DNA of 31,002 nt, taken from contig JBBDRF010000067.1 of the NCBI GenBank assembly GCA_040905565.1, positions 57,600 to 88,601 on the forward strand, written 5' to 3'. This DNA is from Phycisphaeraceae bacterium. Its GTDB lineage: Bacteria; Planctomycetota; Phycisphaerae; Phycisphaerales; Zrk34. A program made the translations under genes and the position numbers. The notes beneath the pieces were generated by a model, which was not told the origin of the DNA, did not search any database, and worked only from the letters and a program-made list of their open reading frames with translations. Below, piece after piece: positions 1 through 8,980 of this stretch (the stretch's first letter is position 1; every line of letters starts with the position of its first letter).

Positions 1-24
1 CGCCCCGCGGCTATTCACGTAGCT

Positions 25-2832
25 TCAGCGCCGGGCCTGGTCGTCCTCTTCTTCTTCCTCTTCGTACTCTTCGTATTCCTCGTCGTCGGAGGCCAGCGAC
101 TCAAGCTCGGCCTCCGGCTCCTCCTCATCTTCCTCGTAGGCTTCCTCTTCGGCGTCGGCGTCTTCTTCCTCGCCTTCGACCTCGTCGACCTCGCCCTCCG
201 CAGCGGAGGCCAGCTCCGACTCGGCGGTGTCTTCGTCGATCAGCGATTCGTCGTCGTCCTCGTCGGCTTCACTTTCGTAGTCGCTTTCGTAGCTGCCGAG
301 TGCTGGGTCTTCGCCTTCGATCTGGGCGGCAGCGGACTTCATCGCTTCCCAGTCTTCGATGGTGATATTCACCTCGCGCGCCTGCGAGCCCTTGTAGTCG
401 CCGATGATGCCCGCGTTCGCGATCTGCTCGATCAAGCGTGATGCCCGCGAATAGCCCACCGCCAGCCGCCGCTGCAACAGCGAGACGCTGCCCCGCTTGG
501 TCTCGATGACCACCTCGACAGCCTTCTCAAAGAGCGGATCGCGCTCGGCTGGATCGTCTTCTTCGCCGCCCGGCGCACGCAACTGCACCAGCTGCGGCTC
601 GAACGATTGGCTCGCGATGTTCTTCAGGAACTTCACGCACTGACGCACTTCGAAATCGTCCACCAGCGTGCCCTGCGCCCGCACCAGCTTGCTCGTGCGC
701 GGCGAGAGGAACAGCATGTCGCCTTGGCCCAGCAGCAGCTCCGCCCCCTTCTGATCGAGCACGATGCGGCTGTCCATCCCGCTGGCGACCTTGAAGGCCA
801 CGCGGCAGGGCATGTTCGATTTGATCAGCCCCGTCACCACGTTCGCCTGCGGCCGCTGCGTCGCGAGGATCAAATGAATGCCGACCGCTCGGGCCTTCTG
901 GGCGATGCGAACGATGAAGCCTTCCACTTCCTTGTTCGTCATCATCAGGTCCGCCAGTTCGTCGATGATGAACACCAGCCGCGGCAGCTTCTTGGGAATC
1001 ACCGCTTCTTCCTGCTCATCGTGAGGCTCGAAGCGTTCCTTGAGCTCTTCCCACGTCAGCCGGTTGTACCCCTCGACATCGCGGACGCCTGCCTCGGCCA
1101 GCAGTTCGTACCGCTCATCCATCTTCGTGACGGCCCATTCCAGGATGGCGGAGGCTTTGTTCATCTCCGTCACGACCGGGCACATCAGGTGCGGAATATC
1201 GCGGAACTGCGCCATTTCGACCATCTTCGGGTCAACCAGGACGAGCTTGAGTTCGTCTGGCCGGCGGGCGAACAGGAAGCTCATGATGATCGAGTTGATG
1301 CAGATGCTCTTGCCCGAGCCGGTCGTGCCGGCGATCAGCATGTGAGGCATGGCGGCAAGGTCGGCGATCAGCGGGTTGCCGCTGGCGTCCTTGCCCAGGA
1401 ACATGGGCATCGACATTTTGTCGAAGATATCCTGCCCCGCCAGGCCCATGAGTTCCTTTAGCCGCACCTTTTCCTTCTTAAGGTTCGGCACCTCGATGCC
1501 CACCGTGCTTTTGCCAGCCGTGTTGGGCACGATGCGGATGTTCTGGGCGCGGAGCTCACGTGCCACGTCCGATGAGATGGCGTTGATCTGCGACACCTTC
1601 GTGCCCGGCGCCAGCTTCACTTCATAAAGCGTGATGACGGGGCCGGCGTCGATGCCGACCACTTCCGCGTCGATCTTGTACGTCTGCAGGGCCCGTTCCA
1701 GAAGCTCCGCCTGCTCACGGACCACCGTCGCCATTTCGTCGGTGAAGCTGCTCTCAGGCTCAGCCAGCAGATCGGCACCGGGGAAGCGGTAGCCCGAGAG
1801 ATCCTGCTGCGGGGCCACCGGCGGGGCGGCGGGCTTCTTCGCAGCGAAAGAGATCGGCAGCTTCTTGATCTTCTCCCGGATCGCATCGGCATCCATCGCC
1901 TGCTTCTTCGCCGGTTCAGGCTCGGCAGCGGGGGCAGCGGGAGCGGTAGGGGGGGTAGGGGGGGCTTCTTCGATCTCGTCGTCTTCGTCGTAGACTTCGA
2001 GTTCCGCGTCGGGATCTTCAGGCTCCTCCTCGCGGTGGCGCTGAGCGGGATCGAACGATTCGGTCGCGCCCAGGCCGCCTGCGGAGGCGTCGATGTGATC
2101 CTCGTCGTCTTCTTCCTCAGCGGCAGCGGCTTTTCGTCGGGCGGCTGCGCCCCGCTGGTTGGGGCTGAAGCTCGGCACCTGCTGGGCAGCGGAACGATTG
2201 AAGAGGCTCGGCAGGCTCAACGCCGGCATCGACGGGCGGGGCCAGTTGATGGCGGCGATTCGGCTTACCAGCGCCATCAGCGCCCGCGGCAGGGCCAGCA
2301 TCAGCCGGTCGGCTGCGAGCGTCGCGCCCACGCCGAACGTCATGGCGAGGATCAGCGTCGTCCCCACGGTGTTGAACCGTTCGGTCAGTTCGCCGACTGC
2401 GTAGATCGCCAGGAGCCCGCCCGCGCCTTCAGGCATCGAGCTGAGGCCGGTGACATGCAGGGCCAGAAAGCTGCTGGTGGTGACGGCGACAATCGCCACG
2501 CCGATGCCGCGCAGGCCGATCTGGCGAATCTCACTGCCCGTGACGGTGGTAAAGAGGTATCCGCCGATCGCCAGCAGCAGCACCCACGCCCCCGCCCCGA
2601 ACATGAGGTAGACCCGGTAAGCGACGGCGGCCCCGACCTGTCCGCACCAGTTGGCGGGCGGATCGTTCGCCGGGGCGGCGACGTGGCTGGGGTAATCCAT
2701 CGGGCTGTAGCTGACCAGCGACACGATAAGCAGAAGCCACGAGCCGGCCAGCACCATCCAGCCGATGCGTTTAAAAATCGTTGTCGCCGACAGTGGCGAC
2801 CCTTCGTCTTTTTGCTGCTTTCGCCTGCTCAT
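25..2832 (-). CDS. ftsK: DNA translocase FtsK (4TM N-terminus, linker, RecA-like motor, gamma domain, acidic tail)
   Basis: Walker A IAGTTGSGKS, VDPKMVE, IIDELADLMM, ARAVGIHLILATQRP, gamma domain SVSLLQRRLAVGYSRASRLIE and N-terminal TM helices. Start moved to the ATG at 2832 (MSRRK), which has an AAGGAGG RBS upstream. Confidence 0.96.
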   Translation of the reverse strand: MSRRKQQKDEGSPLSATTIFKRIGWMVLAGSWLLLIVSLVSYSPMDYPSHVAAPANDPPANWCGQVGAAVAYRVYLMFGAGAWVLLLAIGGYLFTTVTGSEIRQIGLRGIGVAIVAVTTSSFLALHVTGLSSMPEGAGGLLAIYAVGELTERFNTVGTTLILAMTFGVGATLAADRLMLALPRALMALVSRIAAINWPRPSMPALSLPSLFNRSAAQQVPSFSPNQRGAAARRKAAAAEEEDDEDHIDASAGGLGATESFDPAQRHREEEPEDPDAELEVYDEDDEIEEAPPTPPTAPAAPAAEPEPAKKQAMDADAIREKIKKLPISFAAKKPAAPPVAPQQDLSGYRFPGADLLAEPESSFTDEMATVVREQAELLERALQTYKIDAEVVGIDAGPVITLYEVKLAPGTKVSQINAISSDVARELRAQNIRIVPNTAGKSTVGIEVPNLKKEKVRLKELMGLAGQDIFDKMSMPMFLGKDASGNPLIADLAAMPHMLIAGTTGSGKSICINSIIMSFLFARRPDELKLVLVDPKMVEMAQFRDIPHLMCPVVTEMNKASAILEWAVTKMDERYELLAEAGVRDVEGYNRLTWEELKERFEPHDEQEEAVIPKKLPRLVFIIDELADLMMTNKEVEGFIVRIAQKARAVGIHLILATQRPQANVVTGLIKSNMPCRVAFKVASGMDSRIVLDQKGAELLLGQGDMLFLSPRTSKLVRAQGTLVDDFEVRQCVKFLKNIASQSFEPQLVQLRAPGGEEDDPAERDPLFEKAVEVVIETKRGSVSLLQRRLAVGYSRASRLIEQIANAGIIGDYKGSQAREVNITIEDWEAMKSAAAQIEGEDPALGSYESDYESEADEDDDESLIDEDTAESELASAAEGEVDEVEGEEEDADAEEEAYEEDEEEPEAELESLASDDEEYEEYEEEEEEDDQARR

Positions 2833-2965
2833 TCGCGCGCACGCCTCCTTGCCCCATATCATCGGCGGTTCCGTACGCCGAGGGCCAAACATACGCTGTT
2901 CGGTGTCTCAGGCCAAGTTTCGACGCATCTGAGAAAACTTTGCGATTCCACTTGGGTCCGCGTCG

Positions 2966-2971
2966 ATTATA
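2966..2971 (-). promoter_or_regulatory. Putative sigma70 -10 box (TATAAT) for ftsK
   Basis: The + strand ATTATA at 2966-2971 is a perfect TATAAT on the minus strand, about 135 nt upstream of the ftsK ATG. No convincing -35 box. Confidence 0.4.
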
Positions 2972-3037
2972 TGCGACCTTTCCAATGTTCAGCGAACGCC
3001 GCCCCACAACAGAATAAAACGGACACCACCCGCGTCT

Positions 3038-3078
3038 GCAACCTCGATCGGTATCCACCGGTCGGGGTTGCTTTTTTT
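3038..3078 (+). terminator. Intrinsic terminator-like hairpin with no upstream + strand gene
   Basis: GCAACCTCGATCGGT-ATCC-ACCGGTCGGGGTTGC forms a 15-bp stem with 2 G-U pairs, followed by T7. Confidence 0.7.
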
Positions 3079-3100
3079 ATGCGCCCGACACCCACGCCGC

Positions 3101-3154
3101 CAATAGCCGCGACGACGGGCGTCGCCGGTCCCAACGATGCGTAGCGTCGCGGCT
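3101..3154. repeat. Degenerate copy of the TAGCCGCGA compound palindromic repeat
   Basis: CAATAGCCGCGAC...GCGTAGCGTCGCGGCT matches both ends of the copies at 20059-20114 and 21275-21330. Confidence 0.8.
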
Positions 3155-3293
3155 TTTGGGCGGCCGATCTTAAAAAATTGTGCCCTGCGTACAGCATTCG
3201 CGTTGAATCTTCTGCACGGCTGCGACTATACTGCGCCCGATTTCGCATCTACAATCTCTCCCCCCGGGCCGATACTCCAGGAGCCAGAGCGCG

Positions 3294-5252
3294 ATGGTCG
3301 CTGACCCGAAAGTGGATACTGTCCACGTTAATTCCGCTACAGTCCGATTCGCCGGCGACTCCGGCGACGGGATGCAACTCACCGGCATGCGGTTCACCGA
3401 TACCGCGGCGATGATCGGCAACGATATCGCCACGCTGCCCGATTTCCCCGCTGAAATCCGTGCCCCAGCCGGCACCGTGGCGGGCGTCTCCGGGTTCCAG
3501 GTGAACTTCGCCGACAACGAAATCTACACGCCCGGCGACAAGGTCGATGCCCTCATCGCCATGAACCCCGCCGCCTTCAAAGCCAACATCAAAGATGTCC
3601 GCGCCGGCGGGATCGTCGTCGTCAACGAGGACGAGTTCAACAAGGTGAACCTCAAGAAAGCGGGCTACGGCACCGAAAACCCGCTCGACGACGAAACCTT
3701 CAACGCCCGCTACAAACTCTACAAAGTGCCCCTCACCCGGCTAAACAAAGAAGAGCTCGCCACCACCGGCATGGGCACCAAGGACATCGACCGCTGCAAG
3801 AACATGTTCGCGCTCGGCGTGGTCTACTACCTCTACGACCGCCCGCTCGATGTCACCATCCGCTATCTCGAAGACTACTTCGGCAACAAGAAGAAACTCC
3901 CCGAAGTCGCAGAAGCCAACGTCCGCGCCCTCAAAGCGGGCTACAACTTCGGCGATACCGCGGAACTCTTCCCCGTCCGGTTCCACATCGCCAAGGCAGC
4001 CATCGACGACGGCACCTACCGCCGCATCACCGGCAACGAAGCGATGGCCACCGGCCTCGTCGCGGCCTCGACCCTTGCCGCGAAGGATCTGATCTACTGC
4101 TCGTATCCCATCACGCCCGCCAGCGACATCCTGCACTATCTCGCAGCGATGAAGAACTTCGGCGTGAAGACCTTCCAGGCTGAGGACGAGATCGCGGCCG
4201 TCTGTGCCGCCATCGGCGTCGGCTACAGCGGCCAGCTCGGCGTCACCGGCACCAGCGGGCCCGGGCTCGCGCTCAAGAGCGAAGCCATCGGCCTCGCCGT
4301 CGTCACCGAACTGCCGTTGGTCGTCGTGGATGTTCAGCGCGGCGGCCCCAGCACCGGGCTGCCGACCAAGACCGAGCAATCCGATCTGCTCCAGGCGATG
4401 TTCGGCCGCAACGGCGATTGCCCCGTCATCGTCTTCGCCCCGCAGTCGCCTTCCGATTGCTTCGACATCGCCCTCGAAGCCGTCCGCGCCACCTTTGAGA
4501 TCATGACCCCCGTCATCATTCTTTCCGACGGTTACGTGGCCAACGGCGCCGAGCCTTGGAAGATTCCCGACGTCGATTCGCTTGAGAAGATTCCCGTCAA
4601 GCACGCCCAGCAAGGTGAAAACGGCGACACGTTCCTGCCCTACGCCCGCAATGAAAATCTCGCCCGCCCCTGGGCCGTGCCCGGCACGCCGGGTCTGCAG
4701 CATCGCGTCGGCGGCATCGAGAAAGAGAACGGCACGGGCAACGTCAATTACGCCCCGGAAAATCATCAGCTGATGACCAACATCCGCCGGGCGAAAATCG
4801 AACGCCTTGCCGATCGCCTTCCACCGCTTAAGGTGCTCGGCGAAGAAACAGGCGACGTCCTCGTCCTCGGCTGGGGCGGCACCTACGGCGCCATCGCCAC
4901 CGCCGTCGCCAACTGTCAGGCACGCGGCGAGAAGGTCTCCTCCGCGCACCTGCGCTACCTCAACCCGTTCCCGAAGAACCTGAAGCAGGTGCTGGGCAAC
5001 TTCAAGAAAGTGCTCATCCCCGAACTCAACAACGGGCAACTGCGGATGCTCATCCGCGACCGCTTCCTCGTCGACGCGCGAGGCCTGAACAAAGTGCAGG
5101 GCCAACCGTTCCTCATCGAGGAAATCGAAGAAGCGATCGACCTGATGCTCACCGATACCTGGGGCGACCGCATCTTCTATCAGCCGCACGAACACCACGT
5201 GAAGCTGGAGGATCAGGACTTGGAAAACCGCGCCGTCGGCTCCGCCCATTGA
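3294..5252 (+). CDS. korA: 2-oxoacid:ferredoxin (acceptor) oxidoreductase alpha subunit, gamma-alpha fusion
   Basis: RFAGDSGDGMQLTG, YPITPAS, QAEDEIAA, TSGPG, DVQRGGPSTGLPTK motifs and AGGAG RBS. Substrate specificity cannot be read from the sequence. Confidence 0.93.
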   Translation: MVADPKVDTVHVNSATVRFAGDSGDGMQLTGMRFTDTAAMIGNDIATLPDFPAEIRAPAGTVAGVSGFQVNFADNEIYTPGDKVDALIAMNPAAFKANIKDVRAGGIVVVNEDEFNKVNLKKAGYGTENPLDDETFNARYKLYKVPLTRLNKEELATTGMGTKDIDRCKNMFALGVVYYLYDRPLDVTIRYLEDYFGNKKKLPEVAEANVRALKAGYNFGDTAELFPVRFHIAKAAIDDGTYRRITGNEAMATGLVAASTLAAKDLIYCSYPITPASDILHYLAAMKNFGVKTFQAEDEIAAVCAAIGVGYSGQLGVTGTSGPGLALKSEAIGLAVVTELPLVVVDVQRGGPSTGLPTKTEQSDLLQAMFGRNGDCPVIVFAPQSPSDCFDIALEAVRATFEIMTPVIILSDGYVANGAEPWKIPDVDSLEKIPVKHAQQGENGDTFLPYARNENLARPWAVPGTPGLQHRVGGIEKENGTGNVNYAPENHQLMTNIRRAKIERLADRLPPLKVLGEETGDVLVLGWGGTYGAIATAVANCQARGEKVSSAHLRYLNPFPKNLKQVLGNFKKVLIPELNNGQLRMLIRDRFLVDARGLNKVQGQPFLIEEIEEAIDLMLTDTWGDRIFYQPHEHHVKLEDQDLENRAVGSAH

Positions 5253-5327
5253 CCGACGCCGATCTGCATGCAACGATGAAACCGCCGGTCACCGATCGAC
5301 CGGTTAGAAAATGAGGACTGGTAGACG

Positions 5328-6386
5328 ATGGCAAGCAGCGATGTAGGCCTGACCGTGTTGAAACCGAAGGACTTCGCCTCCGATCAGGAAGTGCGCTGGT
5401 GCCCGGGGTGCGGCGATTATGCGATCCTCACGCAGGTCCGCAAGCTTTTGGCGAAGATGCAGGCCCGCAAGGAGCGCACTGTCTTCGTCGCAGGCATCGG
5501 CTGCTCCAGCCGTTTCCCCTACTACCTCGACACGTACGGCCTGCACTCCATCCACGGCCGGGCACCCGGCTTCGCGACCGGCGTGAAGATGACCAATCCC
5601 GATCTGGACGTCTGGATGATCACAGGCGACGGCGACGCGCTCAGCATCGGCGGCAACCACCTGCTGCACATCCTTCGTCGCAACGTGAACGTCAACATCC
5701 TCCTGTTCAACAACCGCATCTACGGCCTGACCAAGGGCCAGTATTCGCCCACCAGCGAAGTGAGCAAGAAGACCAAATCCAGCCCAATGGGTTCGCTTGA
5801 TGCCCCGCTTCACCCGATCAGCGTCGCCGTCGCCGCCGAGGCCAGCTTCGTCGCCCGGTCGATCGATATCGACAAGGGCCTGGGCGATGTGCTCGAACGG
5901 GCTGCGAAACATCAGGGCACGTCGTTCGTCGAGATCTATCAGGATTGCAACGTCTTCAACCACAAAGCCTTCGCCTACGCCACCGACAAGGACGCCAAGG
6001 AAGACAACATTCTTCGCCTTGAGCATGGCAAGCCGATGATCTTCGGCAACGAAGCGGACAAGGGCATCCGCCTCGCCGGCGACGGCAAGCCCGAGGTCGT
6101 CACGCTCGGCAACGGCATCCAGGAAGACGACCTGCTCTTCCACGACGAGGCCGACGCCAGCCTCGCGTTCATGCTCAGCCGCATGAGCCATCCCGATTTC
6201 CCCGAGCCGATGGGCGTGTTCCGTGCTGTCGATGTGCCCTGCTACGACCAGATGGTTCAGCAGCAGGTCGCCGACGCCATTGCCGCCAAGGGCCCGGGCG
6301 ATCTCCGCAAGCTTCTGCACGCAGGCGACACGTGGGACGTGAAAAACCCCCACGAAGGCGTCCAGACCGAAGCGCTGCACCGCTGA
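5328..6386 (+). CDS. korB: 2-oxoacid:ferredoxin oxidoreductase beta subunit (TPP-binding)
   Basis: WCPGCGD, GIGCS, HGRA, TPP motif GDGD...NN, YGLTKGQYSPTS. Lies directly after the alpha subunit with a GAGGA RBS. Confidence 0.94.
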   Translation: MASSDVGLTVLKPKDFASDQEVRWCPGCGDYAILTQVRKLLAKMQARKERTVFVAGIGCSSRFPYYLDTYGLHSIHGRAPGFATGVKMTNPDLDVWMITGDGDALSIGGNHLLHILRRNVNVNILLFNNRIYGLTKGQYSPTSEVSKKTKSSPMGSLDAPLHPISVAVAAEASFVARSIDIDKGLGDVLERAAKHQGTSFVEIYQDCNVFNHKAFAYATDKDAKEDNILRLEHGKPMIFGNEADKGIRLAGDGKPEVVTLGNGIQEDDLLFHDEADASLAFMLSRMSHPDFPEPMGVFRAVDVPCYDQMVQQQVADAIAAKGPGDLRKLLHAGDTWDVKNPHEGVQTEALHR

Positions 6387-6406
6387 CCAAAGCGACGATG
6401 GCAACG

Positions 6407-6584
6407 CTTTGCGAGCGGGAAGCGTTAGCGACCGTCCGTCGCGCGCGATGGCACGCTGCGCGCTGCGGGTCGGTCACGGACGCTTCTGTTTTGCGCCTAC
6501 GCCACAACGTTTGAATGGATGCTTGCGGTGCGAACGATTCCCATCGTTCTGCGGGACGGTCGCTTACGCTTCCCGCTCGCAAAG
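6407..6584. repeat. REPIN/MITE-like element with 31-bp inverted repeats
   Basis: 6407-6437 CTTTGCGAGCGGGAAGCGTTAGCGACCGTCC and 6554-6584 are reverse complements at 30/31 positions, with a 116-bp spacer, between convergent genes. Confidence 0.8.
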
Positions 6585-6604
6585 GCGAACGTAGCCGCCC
6601 GGCT

Positions 6605-7489
6605 TCACACCGACATCGCGCGACGCTGGCGACGGCGGAGTGCGACCCCCACGCCCAGCACGCTCAGCAGCGCCATCGTTCCCGGTTCCGGAACCGCCAC
6701 AACGTCGTACGTGGTTCCCGAAGCGCTGGTGATGACGTCGTTGGAGACGAGGTTGCCGTTCTCATCGCGGAGGTCGATACCGACCAGTTCCAGCGTGCTG
6801 CCGAAGTTTGCACTGCCTGAGAGCGTATTGCCCTCGGACACGCCCTCCATCGTGAAGCTGACGCCGCTGGTCAGCGTGATGCTGAACTCCTGGGGGGACA
6901 GCCCGTGGATGAACGCGTTGGAGACGAGGATTTGGTCGTGGTTTCCGGGGGAGAAAAACGTGATCAGCTGTTCCTCACCCGCATGGTTAATCCTGACGAT
7001 ACCGTAACCGTCGTTGCTCTGGACGTTCCCTGTGAGCCTGAGAATATAGCGTGAGGTGTAGTTCGTTGCCGTGCCGCCGTAACTGAGGGTTTCGGTAAAC
7101 CCGCCTCTTGACTGAACGGTGTAATGCGTGGGCACGCCTTCCTCGGGGTCGCCATTGTCGAAGACATAGTTTTCGTCAAAGAAGCTGTTGGTGAGCGTCG
7201 CCGACGTGCTTGCGCGCACGGTTTTGAACGCGGCCGACGCGAACCCCTGCGCGGAGAAGGTCATCTCCCCATCCCCGCCTGCCTCGCTGAGATCGTAAAC
7301 GATATCTTCATTGAGACTGACCGGCCCACCGGTGGTGGAAGACTCGTCGAACCTCGAAAAGCCGACCGCCGGCCCCCCTTCAACGGTGAACACTTCCGCG
7401 AACGTCGAGAAAGCCGCCTGCGTGCTCGAAGCGACGGACACAAGGAGACCGGCAGCGAGTACGCACTGGAGCAAAGATCGTGATGTCAT
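6605..7489 (-). CDS. PEP-CTERM sorting domain surface protein
   Basis: Signal peptide ending STQA-A, Ser/Thr/Gly-rich body, and C-terminal VPEPGT followed by a hydrophobic helix and RRRQRR. Confidence 0.92.
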   Translation of the reverse strand: MTSRSLLQCVLAAGLLVSVASSTQAAFSTFAEVFTVEGGPAVGFSRFDESSTTGGPVSLNEDIVYDLSEAGGDGEMTFSAQGFASAAFKTVRASTSATLTNSFFDENYVFDNGDPEEGVPTHYTVQSRGGFTETLSYGGTATNYTSRYILRLTGNVQSNDGYGIVRINHAGEEQLITFFSPGNHDQILVSNAFIHGLSPQEFSITLTSGVSFTMEGVSEGNTLSGSANFGSTLELVGIDLRDENGNLVSNDVITSASGTTYDVVAVPEPGTMALLSVLGVGVALRRRQRRAMSV

Positions 7490-7619
7490 GATTTCCCACC
7501 GAACTTGAAGTTGACTAACCTGTTATACGGACACCCCATTAATATCCACCATAAAGCTCACCCAGTCAAGAAAATTATCACGCTGATTTACGTCCGCCAC
7601 CGCCAGCCCGCACCGACCA

Positions 7620-7644
7620 AGAGCCGGCTTGTCCCCAAGCCGGT
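7620..7644. repeat. AGAGCCGG-type palindromic repeat, single copy
   Basis: AGAGCCGGCTTGTCCCCAAGCCGGT is related to 14369-14393 and 15934-15963. Confidence 0.6.
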
Positions 7645-7788
7645 CACGCCGCGCGATCTGGCGATTGCCCGCAAACAGGCCGCGCGGCAGCGCCTACAAT
7701 CTGCCACTGCCTTGAATTTGCGCCGTGATTCTGTCACGATGGTACGCACTGGGACGATTTTTGACTGATTCACAAAGAGGGATTCCGT

Positions 7789-8385
7789 ATGACGACCACG
7801 CTACGTTCGATGCAGATGATGTTGCTTGCTGTTCTCACGCTTGGGCTCGCCGCTTGCGGTGAGGTATCCAACGAGGCCCAGGCCGAAAATCACGAGCATC
7901 ACGCCCACGGCCCGATCATCGAAGCCGAGACGCTTGTCGCCGTCATGCGACCGACTGCAGGCAACGACACCGAAGGCACCGTCGTCTTCACCCGCGTCAA
8001 CGGCGAAGTCCGCGCCACCGCCCACATCAGCGGCCTCACCCCCGATCAGCAGCACGCCATCCACATCCACCAGTTCGGCGACGAACGCTCCGACGATGGC
8101 ACCTCCGCAGGTGGCCACTACAACCCCGAAGGTCACGAGCACGGCCTGCCCGACCAGGAAAAGCGCCACGCCGGCGACCTCGGCAACCTTGAGGCCGACG
8201 ACGAAGGCAACGCGACTTTCGAGATCGTCGTCAACAACGTCACCCTCGCCAGCGAGATGAACCCGATCCTCGGCCGCGGCGTCATCATCCACGCCGGCAC
8301 CGACGACGGCTCTCAGCCCACCGGCGCCGCGGGCAGCCGCATCGCCAGCGGCGTCATCGGCGTGGCCAACCCCGACGTCGAATAA
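7789..8385 (+). CDS. sodC: Cu/Zn superoxide dismutase family lipoprotein
   Basis: Lipobox LAAC; HAIHIH, SAGGHYNP, EHG, RHAGDLGN, IIHAGTDD and GSRIASGVIG motifs; GAGG RBS. Confidence 0.92.
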   Translation: MTTTLRSMQMMLLAVLTLGLAACGEVSNEAQAENHEHHAHGPIIEAETLVAVMRPTAGNDTEGTVVFTRVNGEVRATAHISGLTPDQQHAIHIHQFGDERSDDGTSAGGHYNPEGHEHGLPDQEKRHAGDLGNLEADDEGNATFEIVVNNVTLASEMNPILGRGVIIHAGTDDGSQPTGAAGSRIASGVIGVANPDVE

Positions 8386-8411
8386 AGTACGTCACGCAGA
8401 ACACAACCCCG

Positions 8412-8441
8412 AAGCCCACGGCGTATCGCCGTGGGTTTTTT
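8412..8441 (+). terminator. Intrinsic terminator after sodC
   Basis: CCCACGGCG-TAT-CGCCGTGGG followed by T6. Confidence 0.8.
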
Positions 8442-8455
8442 CATGGCTTTTCCGC

Positions 8456-8461
8456 TATCCT
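8456..8461 (+). promoter_or_regulatory. Putative -10 box (TATCCT) of a leaderless ruvC transcript
   Basis: TANNNT lies 6 nt before the ATG at 8468, with no Shine-Dalgarno and just after a terminator. Confidence 0.5.
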
Positions 8462-8467
8462 CCCCCC

Positions 8468-8968
8468 ATGCGTATCCTCGGCATCGATCCCGGCACGCGA
8501 ATCACCGGCTACGGCTGCGTCGAGATCACTCCCAACACCATCGAGCCCCGACTCATCGAAGCAGGCGTCCTCCGCTTCGTCGCCACCCGCACGATGGAAC
8601 AGCGGCTGGTCGAACTCTACGACGGCATCGCCGGCCTCATCGCCGAACTCACCCCCGCCCATATCGCCATCGAAAAACTTTTCGCCCATTACAAGCATCC
8701 CCGCACCGCCATCATGATGGGCCACGCGCGCGGCGTCATCCTGCTCGCCGCCCAGCAGGCGCAGCTGACGATCGAACATCTGCCCGCCACCGAGGTCAAG
8801 AAATCCGTTACCGGCAACGGGCACGCCACCAAACTGCAGATTCAGCACGCCGTCGCGAGCCAGTGCCGTCTTGCCGAGCCTCCCGAGCCGCCCGACGTCG
8901 CCGACGCCATCGCCATCGCCCTGACTGCCGCCCGCCGTCACGCCTTCGCCCGCCTCGCGCGGCGCTGA
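8468..8968 (+). CDS. ruvC: Crossover junction endodeoxyribonuclease RuvC
   Basis: MRILGIDPG, IAIEKLF, GHARGV, EVKKSVTGNGHATK, DVADAIAIA. Confidence 0.96.
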   Translation: MRILGIDPGTRITGYGCVEITPNTIEPRLIEAGVLRFVATRTMEQRLVELYDGIAGLIAELTPAHIAIEKLFAHYKHPRTAIMMGHARGVILLAAQQAQLTIEHLPATEVKKSVTGNGHATKLQIQHAVASQCRLAEPPEPPDVADAIAIALTAARRHAFARLARR

Positions 8969-8980
8969 TTGATTTCTGGC

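Noticed and set aside
5286..5304. Small CCGGTC/GACCGG hairpin between korA and korB
   Set aside because: A 6-bp stem is expected by chance at this GC content.
3741..6404. Long antisense ORFs (510 aa and 366 aa) opposite korA and korB, and similar shadows opposite ftsK, the oxidoreductase, lysA and addA
   Set aside because: Typical shadow frames of high-GC codon usage; no motifs, and fully overlapping well-supported genes.
7505..7768. 87-aa ORF between the PEP-CTERM gene and sodC
   Set aside because: TTG start, atypical composition, and it spans a divergent promoter region and a palindromic repeat.
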